From: Patescibacteria group bacterium
GTDB lineage: Bacteria; Patescibacteriota; Microgenomatia; UBA1400; PJMF01
DNA: 64,000 nt
Assembly (NCBI GenBank): GCA_049322655.1
Contig: JBMORP010000006.1
Coordinates: 256,410 to 320,409, forward strand
Direction of reading: 5' to 3'
The notes below the pieces were generated by a model that worked only from the letters and a program-made list of their open reading frames with translations, ran no database searches and was not told where the DNA came from. How positions within the stretch are numbered: position 1 is the first letter of the stretch; each line of letters opens with the position of its first letter. This document shows, piece after piece, positions 36,921 to 46,624 of this stretch. The position numbers and the translations under genes were made by a program.

Positions 36921-38994
36921 GTGGCTGTTGTAACTGATTTTCTTCAATTACTGGCAAAGAACTTTGATTGGCCCCACGTAGTCTACTTTTAGATCGATAC
37001 AAATATATTGCCAACCCCACCAATATGACCAAACTAACAATTCCTCCTAAAGTATAAAGCATGTTTTTCTTCATGCCAAAAATTAGATCAACATCTTTAC
37101 CTTCAGCAATTAACTCTGTTGCTTCTTTTTCAATTTGTTCAACTGTTGGATGAACTGGATATGACTGTTCAACTTTAGTCAAAAACTCTAACGACTTACT
37201 AAATCTATTCTGCCAATAGTAAGCCAAAGCTGTCTCCCAATTTTGATAGGTTTCACTAGCATCATTTTGAAGCTGCTGAGATTCATCTATGGCCAAATTT
37301 CTTAAATCTTCAATGTCTCTTAAAAAATTAAAACTGCCAACTTCATCCAAAATGCCAAAAGTAGCAATACCAATCACTTCACCTCGGTCGTTAAAGGCTG
37401 GCCCGCCACTATTCCCATGACCAATACTAGCATCTGTCTGAATTAGTTTATTGCCCTGGTTATCTTTCTTAATTGAGCTCACAATCCCTCGAGTAATTGT
37501 TGCCTGAGTACTTGAAGAAGTATAATCAATCAAACCTGGACCACTGTCAGAGCCACTTACCACTCCAGGAAAACCAACAACTAAAACCGCATCTCCCTCT
37601 TTTAAATCATCGACTGACCCTAGTTTTAAACTAGGATAAGTGTAGTTTTTATCGGTACTTATTTTGAGTAATGCCACATCAGAGCCCATTGGTTTTTCCT
37701 GACCCATTACTACCGCTTTAGCAAACAAATTGGCATAGTCAGCTCCAACTAAACTAGCCGAAAAAATTGCTTCTTTGGGATTAACAAAACTATCAATATT
37801 ATCTAAGGTTAACTTTTTGACATTGAAGTCAAAAGGTTCTTTACCAAGGTTAACCAAATATTTCTCGGCAACTGGGACAACATCAATGGCTTTCGTTTCG
37901 AGTAAATCATAGATGGAGTTAACCAACACTTGCACTCCAGATGGATTTTCCAACATCTGTCTAGTGAAATTGACTCCTTCAGCCGGTGTAGTTTGCAAAC
38001 CTTTCGTTGCCAAGGCTTCCCTAACGAAATCAACCAAAAAACTAGCTATAGCTTGATCTCCTTGGTTCAAACCACCAATTAAATCTTCTTCTGGGTAAGT
38101 AGTTACCACATGACCATTGGTCGCCAACAAACCAGAACCATCAACTAAAAATCCTGAACCAAAATTACCATTACAAAATTGATAACTGGGCCGTAAATAC
38201 ACTGCAGGAATTTCTTTGGAAACCCTGATTTCTTTACAATATAAGTGAAGAATATTGGCCACCGAAGGCTTGACTAGTTCTGCAATTTCAGACTCAGCAA
38301 AAACAAACTCATCTGTGGTAACGCCCTTAACCAAACCCCCATTCTCCTCAATAAAAGCCACTGCATTAAAAAACTCTGTTAATTTACTATCCACTACTGT
38401 TGATGGAGTTAATCTAACCTCTGCTTCTAAATAATGATCTTTCCCTGGAATGACAAATTCATAATAAACCGCTTTTTCACCCATAATTTCTTCAGTAAAC
38501 TGATATCTAATCACTGTTCTTTCACCCAAATCAACTAAATCCATTGCTAAATAGTCGTCACCTTTTTCAATTGCCAATTTTTCTGAAAAAGCAGTTGCTA
38601 GCTGATCAATTGTTAACTGTTTTTCTTCCTCAGTTAATTCATAAATATCCAAATAAACAGACGCAAAACCGAATTCATTCCGGAAAATAAATAAACTCGG
38701 ATCATTGCCTGGCAAATCTTGGTCTGTTGCTTGTTGCCACCCAGTATTGCCAGAAAGAGCTAACCTATAGTTATTTTGAGAAGAAATAAATACTTCAGAT
38801 AAATCTTGGCTATCACATTCACCATTTAAACAATTGCTACCAACATCATTATTCCCCAACCAGGCTTGTTGCCTAAGATCTTGATTATCATTCAAAAAAA
38901 TTAAAGCCGATAATCCGGCAGTCAAAACAAACAAAATTAACAATAAACTCAACAAAAAAGAGTTTCTCTTTTTTCTATAAATGAGATTAGACAT
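36913..38994 (-). CDS. trypsin-like (S1C/DegP-type) serine protease with N-terminal membrane anchor and C-terminal helical domain plus TM
   Basis: Catalytic-triad context motifs (LATNGHVV, GNSGGPAFN) and an N-terminal TM helix; 693 aa. Confidence 0.8.
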   Translation of the reverse strand: MSNLIYRKKRNSFLLSLLLILFVLTAGLSALIFLNDNQDLRQQAWLGNNDVGSNCLNGECDSQDLSEVFISSQNNYRLALSGNTGWQQATDQDLPGNDPSLFIFRNEFGFASVYLDIYELTEEEKQLTIDQLATAFSEKLAIEKGDDYLAMDLVDLGERTVIRYQFTEEIMGEKAVYYEFVIPGKDHYLEAEVRLTPSTVVDSKLTEFFNAVAFIEENGGLVKGVTTDEFVFAESEIAELVKPSVANILHLYCKEIRVSKEIPAVYLRPSYQFCNGNFGSGFLVDGSGLLATNGHVVTTYPEEDLIGGLNQGDQAIASFLVDFVREALATKGLQTTPAEGVNFTRQMLENPSGVQVLVNSIYDLLETKAIDVVPVAEKYLVNLGKEPFDFNVKKLTLDNIDSFVNPKEAIFSASLVGADYANLFAKAVVMGQEKPMGSDVALLKISTDKNYTYPSLKLGSVDDLKEGDAVLVVGFPGVVSGSDSGPGLIDYTSSSTQATITRGIVSSIKKDNQGNKLIQTDASIGHGNSGGPAFNDRGEVIGIATFGILDEVGSFNFLRDIEDLRNLAIDESQQLQNDASETYQNWETALAYYWQNRFSKSLEFLTKVEQSYPVHPTVEQIEKEATELIAEGKDVDLIFGMKKNMLYTLGGIVSLVILVGLAIYLYRSKSRLRGANQSSLPVIEENQLQQPLN

Positions 38995-39047
38995 ATCATC
39001 TAGTATGATGAGCTTCTCAACAAATTACAAGCGAAAAAATTAAAAAT

Positions 39048-39620
39048 TTAAAAAAGTGGTTTAGCTATTATTACTAGTCTTTTGCTATCCAAAAAACCAG
39101 TACAAGTATAAATAATCAAAGTTTCTTTATTGCTTTCAAGCAGCCCCACTTCATCTGGATCTACTACTTTTTTGGCTGTAACTAAATAATAAAATTTTTG
39201 ACCGCTGGCTGTTTTGACTATGATATCTTGACCAACTACTAATTGAGTTAGTTGACCAAAAACAGCTGGAGTGTTATGACCATAAATTATAACTGGCCCA
39301 ACATCTCCAGGCCTAGCAGACTCATAAACATAGTTAGCAGCAGCATCAACCAATAACCATTCTCCATTTTTGACATGAGTAGTTACAACATCTCTATTAA
39401 TATTTAAACTTGGAAAACTAACCTCTGTAACAAAAGAATCTTCATTCTGTAAAACCTTAACCCTGGTATAACTTTGCCAAAAAAACTTGCGAACAAAGTA
39501 AAAACTACCCCACAGAATTAAGATCCAAGCTACAAAAACAGCAAATGAAAAATTCATTTGCTGTTTACTAGTTCGATTAGATTGAGAAAACTTGTTAGTT
39601 TTTCTTTTTGCTTTTGGCAT
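39048..39620 (-). CDS. sortase family transpeptidase
   Basis: Catalytic TLxTC (LIIYTCTG), conserved His (IIYGHN), and an N-terminal TM anchor. Confidence 0.75.
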   Translation of the reverse strand: MPKAKRKTNKFSQSNRTSKQQMNFSFAVFVAWILILWGSFYFVRKFFWQSYTRVKVLQNEDSFVTEVSFPSLNINRDVVTTHVKNGEWLLVDAAANYVYESARPGDVGPVIIYGHNTPAVFGQLTQLVVGQDIIVKTASGQKFYYLVTAKKVVDPDEVGLLESNKETLIIYTCTGFLDSKRLVIIAKPLF

Positions 39621-40611
39621 GACTCAACAATACTATACCATAAGCAATCGAGCTTAAAGCCATTAAGTCTTCGCTAATCCCAGTGTTAGCCATAGTGGAG
39701 ACACCCAGGACTTGACCATTAGTCGTGGCAGTGGAAACACCCAAAACTAGACCACCAACACCTGGAGTTGGTTCTTCACCAGCTGCACAGTTTTCTGGCA
39801 TGTTAACTTTCATACTTTGAGATGGATAACCATTATCTGGAGTAGCCTTGAGATCATAATTGCCTTGTTGAGGGAAAGTAACACTAGCTCGACCATCAAC
39901 ATTAGTCATAACTTGTTTAGCAAGACCATTATAGGTAAAGTTTACTGAGATATTGGCCTGAGCAACACCATTATCTTTTAGATCAAAGGTTGCCAAAAAG
40001 TCACCCTCATTACAACTAATGTCATAACCTAGTACTGAGGTTTTACCTGCTTGTGGCTCTTCGGTTGGGGTAGGAGTTGGATCCTGGTTTGGAATTTCAG
40101 TTGGAGTTGGGGTGGGTATTTCAGTAGGTGTTGGAGTGGGAGTAGGTTCAGTGGTTGGAGTAGGAGTAGGATCAACTTCACCTGGAATTTGACAGTCATT
40201 TGCCAAAATATCCAAACCTTCAGTCGTTAGATTTTTACCTTGATAAGTAAAATTACCTTTGTCAGCATATTTTTTATCATTGCCTTGACCAGTAGAACAA
40301 TCTTTCTTGTTATCGTCACTGGTATATAAAGATTGATCTAAAGGACAACCATAATAATCAAATGAAGGAATAATATCTCCCCAAGAATGATCAGCAATAC
40401 CTTCATACCATACGTCACCATTATGATAGTGATGGCCATTAGGAAGATTAATTATAGAATCAGCATCAACAGAATTTTGAGTATAGGGATTACTATGAGA
40501 ATCAGTAGCATGACAAAGAGTTATATTTTCATCTGCTGAAACCTGTAAATTGGGTAAAATTATCCAAAACAAACCTAACACTAGAAAAATAATTGAAATA
40601 CTTTTTTTCAT
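39595..40611 (-). CDS. secreted surface protein with Pro-Thr tandem repeats and a C-terminal sorting-signal-like tail
   Basis: Signal peptide, (PTPT)n repeat linker, and a C-terminus with ...STMANTG, a hydrophobic stretch, then a KSKKKN positive tail. Overlaps the sortase gene by 26 nt. Confidence 0.65.
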   Translation of the reverse strand: MKKSISIIFLVLGLFWIILPNLQVSADENITLCHATDSHSNPYTQNSVDADSIINLPNGHHYHNGDVWYEGIADHSWGDIIPSFDYYGCPLDQSLYTSDDNKKDCSTGQGNDKKYADKGNFTYQGKNLTTEGLDILANDCQIPGEVDPTPTPTTEPTPTPTPTEIPTPTPTEIPNQDPTPTPTEEPQAGKTSVLGYDISCNEGDFLATFDLKDNGVAQANISVNFTYNGLAKQVMTNVDGRASVTFPQQGNYDLKATPDNGYPSQSMKVNMPENCAAGEEPTPGVGGLVLGVSTATTNGQVLGVSTMANTGISEDLMALSSIAYGIVLLSHAKSKKKN

Positions 40612-40722
40612 AAAAACCTGCCTTTTTTTATGATTAATTTAATTTCACAAAAAAATTATAATAATTGACGTTATTATAACATAATATATCAAAATATAGT
40701 AAAAATATATGAGATAACTTAA

Positions 40723-41430
40723 CTAGATATTTTTTTGCACCAACAACACTTGGCCATCAGCTAGAGTTACTTCCACAATCTCTTCTAACAAAGCACCAGT
40801 CATTGGATCTTTCTTGAGAAAGACAGTGTATTGTTCTCTAATAGCCTCTTCATCTGCTTTTTCTCCCAAAACTTTACCAGAAAAATTAAATTGCTCAGCA
40901 AACTGTCTTTGCCATCTATCAACCATTAAAGATTCATAGGCCATAATACCCATAGAAGAGATATCAGCGTCTTGCACTTCTGTACCGCCACTGAAACTAG
41001 CTGCTATTCTACGAGCAATCAATGAGCCCCTGGCTTGAGACTCGCCCCTTCTTACTGGTTGCTTGTTCTGAGAGTTTTCTCCAGTTCGAAGACTATAAAA
41101 TAATTTACCAGTAGCAAAAGCTCCATAACTAGTACCCTCATCATCGGGCCCTCGATTTTCTTTATCTGGTCGGCGCTCAATTTTCCCAATCACATCAAGT
41201 AGCACCATTGAGATAAGTGGGACTGTTTCACTATCACTAATCAACTCTTTAATTAATTCAAATAGGGATAAATCGGTAAACTCTTCATCACTAATTTCTG
41301 AAAGTTGTCTGACTAAGTCCAAAGTAATCACCTCAGCAACACCTGTAGTTTCAAGTTCTTTAGCTCTTTCTCTCATGGCAGCAAGTACAACTTTGGCATC
41401 AGCTATGGCTTGGGCTAACTTTTCAGACAT
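40723..41430 (-). CDS. hypothetical protein (Ala/Glu/Arg-rich, no recognised domain)
   Basis: 235-aa ORF whose composition differs from neighbouring genes. Confidence 0.45.
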   Translation of the reverse strand: MSEKLAQAIADAKVVLAAMRERAKELETTGVAEVITLDLVRQLSEISDEEFTDLSLFELIKELISDSETVPLISMVLLDVIGKIERRPDKENRGPDDEGTSYGAFATGKLFYSLRTGENSQNKQPVRRGESQARGSLIARRIAASFSGGTEVQDADISSMGIMAYESLMVDRWQRQFAEQFNFSGKVLGEKADEEAIREQYTVFLKKDPMTGALLEEIVEVTLADGQVLLVQKNI

Positions 41431-41524
41431 AAATTTAACATCCTAGTAATTACTATGACTATAATAAGTACATCAAATTATATCATTAAATTTAAGGAAA
41501 AATAAAAAGATTGCAAAAAAGTTG

Positions 41525-42139
41525 CTAAGTTTTTTCGGCCAAAATAAATAAATGTTTTTCCTGGCCACTTTGATCTATTTCACTCAATAAAATCTCAAAA
41601 CCAGCATTTTTAACCATTTCTAGATTGGTTCTAGCATCATAATGGCTAGACCAAACTTTTTGACCATATAAATCATGTTCAGCCTCAAAGTTATCCTCGC
41701 CCATGGAAATTAATAATTTGCCACCAACTGGTAAAAATGAGGCAATTTTTTCCAAAAAATCTAAATGCATTTTTCTGGGTAAGTGAAAAATCGTATAAAG
41801 AGAAACTACGGCATCTACCTGATATTCATTTTCTTTTAACTCCATTATGTCCTTAACAAAAAAAGCACCCCCCTTACAACGTTGTTTAGCCATATTAATT
41901 TGTGTCTCGGAAATATCAAGACCAGTCACCAAATGGCCTTTTTTTATCAAGTAATCATCGACCGGCACTCCAGCGCCACAGCCCAAATCCAAAATACTAG
42001 CCTGTCTAGGTAGAATCTCCTCAAATCTCGTCACATAGCGATGGCTCCGCAATCTACTTCTGTCTTGTAAATATGCTCCAGCCATTTGGTTGTAAGCTTG
42101 TTTATTCAATAACAATTTCTCGGTCATGTTGCACATCAC
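41525..42139 (-). CDS. class I SAM-dependent methyltransferase
   Basis: Motif I ILDLGCGAGV, post-I acidic residue (LDIS), and motif II/III spacing; 204 aa. Confidence 0.8.
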   Translation of the reverse strand: MMCNMTEKLLLNKQAYNQMAGAYLQDRSRLRSHRYVTRFEEILPRQASILDLGCGAGVPVDDYLIKKGHLVTGLDISETQINMAKQRCKGGAFFVKDIMELKENEYQVDAVVSLYTIFHLPRKMHLDFLEKIASFLPVGGKLLISMGEDNFEAEHDLYGQKVWSSHYDARTNLEMVKNAGFEILLSEIDQSGQEKHLFILAEKT

Positions 42140-43046
42140 TAATTAATTCTTTTAATGAATCAACTAAAGGATGGTTTTTCACTTCTCTTTGATCAAAAAT
42201 AGTCACTGTTTGGTTAGCAAATCTTTGCATTTCATTATGACCGCCACCAATAATATTCCTGGCAATCTGCACATTCCATTTAACCAATCCTCCAAGCAAC
42301 ATTTCCTGTTCAGCAGCTACGTTGCCTCTCTCAGTTAAAAATGCTTCTAGCTTATTAACTGGTAAAGAGACTTGAAAAGCTAAAGCGTGACTATTTCTTA
42401 ACTTGCTTCTCTTATTCTCATCAATGACTGCTTCATCACCATGAAAATCAACATAGATGCTGATCGGATCATGATTAGGCATAGAGTGATAAATTCTTTG
42501 CTTACCCAAGATTTCTTCGCCCAATTCCTTTAATAATAAATCCTCAACATTCTCTCCATCGAGATGTGCTCCAATGACAGCATGTGAAGCGGCGCAAGCC
42601 CCACAATGTTCATGAACTTGTTTTGCTTCATTACCCAAATTATCTTCTAATCTTTCATCAATACAATGCAAAGAATAACCATCTTGTTTGAGAAAACGAT
42701 AAAAATCACCCATTAAACTCAATTCTCTTAAAGAAAAGTTCACCCCGGCGATATTAATCCTACCGCCTGTTTCACTGGCTACTTTTTCAATTGCTGCCCA
42801 AATTTGTGAATCTTCACTAGCAAAAGTCAAAGGTAAACCCCCACCAGCTACAAAAACTATTTGTCCAGGAATATCAGTTAACCACTCTTGTGGCTGAGCC
42901 TGAACTTGCTCCCATAACTGATAAACAGTCTTAACTTCGTTGGGCAAGGTTTGTTCTTTTAACATTGGTTTTCCTTCTGATTTAGCTGCCATTGGTCCCT
43001 TTCTAACTGAAAAACCCAGTTTATATTTTTCAAAAATAAAAAGCAA
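42102..43046 (-). CDS. hypothetical protein with Cys/His cluster (LHCIDER...HEHCGACAASH)
   Basis: ORF only. Likely true start at internal Met (MAAKSEGK, near 42991), which avoids the overlap with the MTase gene. Possible metal-binding site. Confidence 0.4.
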   Translation of the reverse strand: MLFIFEKYKLGFSVRKGPMAAKSEGKPMLKEQTLPNEVKTVYQLWEQVQAQPQEWLTDIPGQIVFVAGGGLPLTFASEDSQIWAAIEKVASETGGRINIAGVNFSLRELSLMGDFYRFLKQDGYSLHCIDERLEDNLGNEAKQVHEHCGACAASHAVIGAHLDGENVEDLLLKELGEEILGKQRIYHSMPNHDPISIYVDFHGDEAVIDENKRSKLRNSHALAFQVSLPVNKLEAFLTERGNVAAEQEMLLGGLVKWNVQIARNIIGGGHNEMQRFANQTVTIFDQREVKNHPLVDSLKELISDVQHDREIVIE

Positions 43047-43079
43047 TTATAACTCCAAAATATATTTTTCAACTGCCAA

Positions 43080-43110
43080 CTAAAAGGCACCTCCTTTGGG
43101 GGTGCCTTAA
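43080..43110 (-). terminator. rho-independent terminator (AAGGCACC-loop-GGTGCCTT followed by TTTT on the minus strand)
   Basis: Hairpin directly downstream of the CpxP-like gene. Confidence 0.45.
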
Positions 43111-43136
43111 CTATTTAATGATAGCTGCAAAAAAAT

Positions 43137-43589
43137 TTAGCGGCCCATTCTACCCATACCTCTACTTTCACCTCGACCAAAACCCATTTCAGCTAAAAAA
43201 CTCATGTCGATACCATTTGCTTCAGACCAAGCTTGGAGCTCTTGTCGGTGAGTCTCTCTTTGTTGTTTGGCTTGATCAAATTGAGCTCTTAGCTCTTCAT
43301 GTTTGGTCAATAACAACTGCTTTTGTTCTTCGGTAATTTCACCATTTTGCACAGCTTCAGTTAGCCTGTTTGCAAAAGATGTTTCAGCTTGTTGACGGTG
43401 CTCTTCTCTAAGTGAGTTGAAAGCTGTTTGCACCTCTGCCTCACTTTTACCCAGCTTTTTGGCTAAATATGCTACCATGTTTTGTTGACTGCCATTACCA
43501 AAAGCAAAAGCTTGAACTTGGGTAGTAGTGTAAACTAAGCCACCAGCCACCGCTAATGCTCCTAAAGATAAAGCTAGTTTATTTTTCAT
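43137..43589 (-). CDS. secreted CpxP/Spy-like (LTxxQ-motif) periplasmic stress protein
   Basis: Signal peptide and a helical Gln/Glu-rich body with an LTxxQ-like motif (LTEAVQ) and a related LTKHEE segment. Sits immediately downstream of a two-component system, as cpxP sits next to cpxRA. Confidence 0.5.
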   Translation of the reverse strand: MKNKLALSLGALAVAGGLVYTTTQVQAFAFGNGSQQNMVAYLAKKLGKSEAEVQTAFNSLREEHRQQAETSFANRLTEAVQNGEITEEQKQLLLTKHEELRAQFDQAKQQRETHRQELQAWSEANGIDMSFLAEMGFGRGESRGMGRMGR

Positions 43590-43668
43590 AAAAATCTCCT
43601 TTCAGTGAGATGATTAATACTAACCATGAACTATATAAAAGAAACTTGAGAAAACTTTGAGAATAGTT

Positions 43669-44685
43669 TTAAAAAATAAGGGTAAAAACTGAACCCCTAC
43701 CTAGTTCACTTGTAACCTTAATTTTTGCTCCATGTTGATCAATAATTTTTTTAGCTAGAGCCAAACCAAGACCATAACCATGACGTTCTCCTTTGGTTCT
43801 AGCTTCATCAACCCGATAAAAACGAGCAAAAATTTGTGCTAAATGTTTTTTATCAATGCCAATACCTTGATCAATTATTTGCAAAATTAAATTATTTTTT
43901 TGAGTTTTAACTTTAATTTTGATTTCTGATTTTTTATTACTATATTTAATGGCATTATCAACTAAAACCATGACGGCCTCTACCAAAGCATTTTCATTAC
44001 CTAAAACTGTCTGATTATTTAAACCACTAACTTTGATTTTAATTTTCTTTTGCTCTGACAAAGGTTTTAAATGTTGAAGAACTCTATTAATAATTTTTTC
44101 TAACTCAATCACAGTAAAACTAAAAACAAAATCTTCACTATCCAATCTAGCCAAAGAGAGTAAATTTTCGGTTAAAGCCGTTAGGCTATTAACATCTGCC
44201 AAATTTGATTTTAATAATTTCTTTGCAACACTATTTATTTTTTTATCCATTAATCCAACCTCCAAAGATGTCTTTAAAGCCGTTAAAGGTGTTCTGAGCT
44301 CATGAGCTGCATCCCCGATAAACTGTTTTTGCTGCTCCAAAGAAACTTGAATTGGTTTCAAAGTTTTTCCAGCCAAAAAATAACTCACTGCCCCACCAAT
44401 AACAAATACCATTGCATTAATAAACAATAGTTGTCTAACCAAAAAACTTCTAATTAATTCTAAGTCTTCTGTTAATAATTCCAATCTTTGAGGCAGGTTG
44501 CGTCTTTGCTGAGAAAATGGTGAAATCCTTTGATCGTTCAACCTGATCTCTATTTGTTTATACTGAACCTCAATCATGGCAACTGTTTTTTGATAATAAA
44601 TAGTACTCAAGAATAAACTTACTACCATCAAAGTTAGGGTGTACCAAAAAGTTAATCTCAATTTAGCTGTTAAAAGCTGATTCAT
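43669..44685 (-). CDS. sensor histidine kinase (two TM helices, HisKA, HATPase_c)
   Basis: H-box AAHELRTPL, N-box LVDNAIKY, and G-boxes DQGIGI and GYGLGLA. Confidence 0.85.
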   Translation of the reverse strand: MNQLLTAKLRLTFWYTLTLMVVSLFLSTIYYQKTVAMIEVQYKQIEIRLNDQRISPFSQQRRNLPQRLELLTEDLELIRSFLVRQLLFINAMVFVIGGAVSYFLAGKTLKPIQVSLEQQKQFIGDAAHELRTPLTALKTSLEVGLMDKKINSVAKKLLKSNLADVNSLTALTENLLSLARLDSEDFVFSFTVIELEKIINRVLQHLKPLSEQKKIKIKVSGLNNQTVLGNENALVEAVMVLVDNAIKYSNKKSEIKIKVKTQKNNLILQIIDQGIGIDKKHLAQIFARFYRVDEARTKGERHGYGLGLALAKKIIDQHGAKIKVTSELGRGSVFTLIF

Positions 44686-45365
44686 GATTGCTTTTCTCCT
44701 AATCTGTAACCAAAACCTCTAACTGTTTGAATTAGTTGTTTCTCTGTGGGAAAAGCTCTATCAATTTTATTTCTTAGATAACCTAAATAAACCTGAGCTG
44801 TATTAGGTAAAACATCACTTGCAAACTCCCAAACTCTTTCAGTTAATTGCTCTTTAGTAAAAACCGAGCCTTCGTTCTTCATTAAAAACTCCAATAAAGC
44901 AAATTCTTTTTTGGATAAATTAATGATTTCTCCGGCTCTAACTACTTCATAGTTTTTCGTGTCCAAAACCAAATTATCTACAGACAACTTAGTCGAAACC
45001 AACCGACTTGGCCTTCTAGCTAAAGCTTTCACTCTAGCCAAGAGCTCCACAAAAGCAAAGGGTTTACCCAAATAGTCATCAGCTCCAGCATCTAAACCGT
45101 CAACTCTATCACTAAGTTCTATTTTGGCGGTAAGTAACAAAACCGGAGTATGATTACCTTCACGTCTTAATCTCTGACAAACCTGTATGCCATCTAAATC
45201 AGGCAACATTCTATCCAAAATAATCACATCATATGTTTCATTCAAAGCAAAATCCAAACCAGCTAAACCGTCATGAGCAACATCAACAATATTGGCTTTC
45301 AATTCCAAGCCCTTTTTTATAGAAGCTGCAATTTTTTGTTCATCTTCAATTACTAGAATTTTCAT
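44682..45365 (-). CDS. OmpR-family response regulator
   Basis: Receiver domain (DVIILDRMLPDLDG, K at LLLTAK) plus a winged-helix trans_reg_C domain. Overlaps the HK start by 4 nt. Confidence 0.9.
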   Translation of the reverse strand: MKILVIEDEQKIAASIKKGLELKANIVDVAHDGLAGLDFALNETYDVIILDRMLPDLDGIQVCQRLRREGNHTPVLLLTAKIELSDRVDGLDAGADDYLGKPFAFVELLARVKALARRPSRLVSTKLSVDNLVLDTKNYEVVRAGEIINLSKKEFALLEFLMKNEGSVFTKEQLTERVWEFASDVLPNTAQVYLGYLRNKIDRAFPTEKQLIQTVRGFGYRLGEKQS

Positions 45366-45421
45366 TGACAGTTAATTATAAACTTTTTCTTGAGAAATTA
45401 TTGAGAGTTAACTAAATATAA

Positions 45422-46483
45422 TTACGATAAAACAAAATTATTTTTTTCTCTTAACTCTGGAAAAATTAAAAACAAAAACTCTTTAGCAGCATGTCTATTT
45501 TTACCCTGATAAGGATAATCATGAATATCAAATCCTGGTGAGTCATTGATTTCAATAATCACATAACTATCTCTAGTTTGTGGCTTAGTAATATCCTTAG
45601 TCATAAAATCTATCCCGGTAAAAGAAAGACCAGGAATAGTGCTAATCGTTTTTAAAGCAATCTCTTTTACAGACTGGTGAACTTTATCTGTGTAGTCAAT
45701 AGCATCACCCCCCTGAGAAACATTAGAAACCATTCTCAAAAAAATCTGTTCGCCTTTTTGTGGAACAAATTTAAAGGATAGTTTTTGTGCTAGCAAAAAC
45801 TCCTGTAATTTTTTATCCATTCTAATCTTAAAATGAGATTTATTGCTTCCTTTATTACCTCGATTTAAGTTTTTAAGATTAATTAATTTTTCTATAGTAT
45901 TGATACCGTCACCAATAATATTTGCTGGGACTCTTTTCAAAACTCCAATAACTTTTTCTCTACTAACCAAAATTCTAAATTCATCACCTTTGAACATTTC
46001 TTCAACCATCACTGTTGTGTTTTCACTTCCAGAATAGTTAAAAGCCAACTTAATTGCCGTTAAATATTGCTGGTAAGAATTAATACTAGTCGTAACGTTT
46101 TCCCCCCAAGTTCCACTATTGGGTTTTACAACAATTGGCTTTTTTAAACTAACAAATATTTCCTTCAAATATGAAGCATCATATGTTCGTCTAATTCTAA
46201 AACCATTGGGAACACTGATTCCATTTCTTTTTAGCAAACGGCTAGTAATTTGTTTGTTATTACAAACATATTTAGCTAAGGCAGTAGTAGAACAAGGAAT
46301 TTGATGATAATAAAATCTTTCCTTTTTGTTATAAGTTAATTTAACAATTTGAGTTCCGGGAATAATTTCCCAATCTATGCCAAATTTTTCTGCTTCTTTT
46401 ATTGCCAATCTAGAGCTATTACTAATATTTTTATTTTTCTGTAAACCACAAGGAGCATAATCCTGATAAATCAATTTTGTCAC
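45422..46483 (-). CDS. stand-alone ATP-grasp ligase resembling the cyanophycin-synthetase (CphA) G-domain
   Basis: Segments VPANIIGDGINTIEKLI, VSQGGDAIDYTDKVHQ, GIDFMTKDITKPQ and IIEINDSPG match the CphA ATP-grasp core. No Mur-ligase-like M-domain; 353 aa. Confidence 0.65.
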   Translation of the reverse strand: MTKLIYQDYAPCGLQKNKNISNSSRLAIKEAEKFGIDWEIIPGTQIVKLTYNKKERFYYHQIPCSTTALAKYVCNNKQITSRLLKRNGISVPNGFRIRRTYDASYLKEIFVSLKKPIVVKPNSGTWGENVTTSINSYQQYLTAIKLAFNYSGSENTTVMVEEMFKGDEFRILVSREKVIGVLKRVPANIIGDGINTIEKLINLKNLNRGNKGSNKSHFKIRMDKKLQEFLLAQKLSFKFVPQKGEQIFLRMVSNVSQGGDAIDYTDKVHQSVKEIALKTISTIPGLSFTGIDFMTKDITKPQTRDSYVIIEINDSPGFDIHDYPYQGKNRHAAKEFLFLIFPELREKNNFVLS

Positions 46484-46624
46484 ACAATCTTTCCAATTGA
46501 ATAAAAATTACAAACAAGAAACCAACTTCATTCAATCACCAACTAATAAAAACTAAGCAAAGTAACAAGAAACCAAAGCTTCAGAAATCATTATACCAGA
46601 CTAATTGAGTTAATATTTATGAGA

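Noticed and set aside
40030-40200. Short tandem DNA repeats that could suggest a CRISPR-like or satellite array
   Set aside because: The repeats are in-frame and encode the (PTPT)n linker of the surface protein. There are no spacer-sized unique units and no cas genes.
42102-43046. Beta-class carbonic anhydrase call from CxDxR and HxxCG-like motifs
   Set aside because: The two motifs are only about 19 residues apart, whereas beta-CAs have roughly 55-60. The spacing is incompatible, so it is left as an unknown Cys/His-cluster protein.
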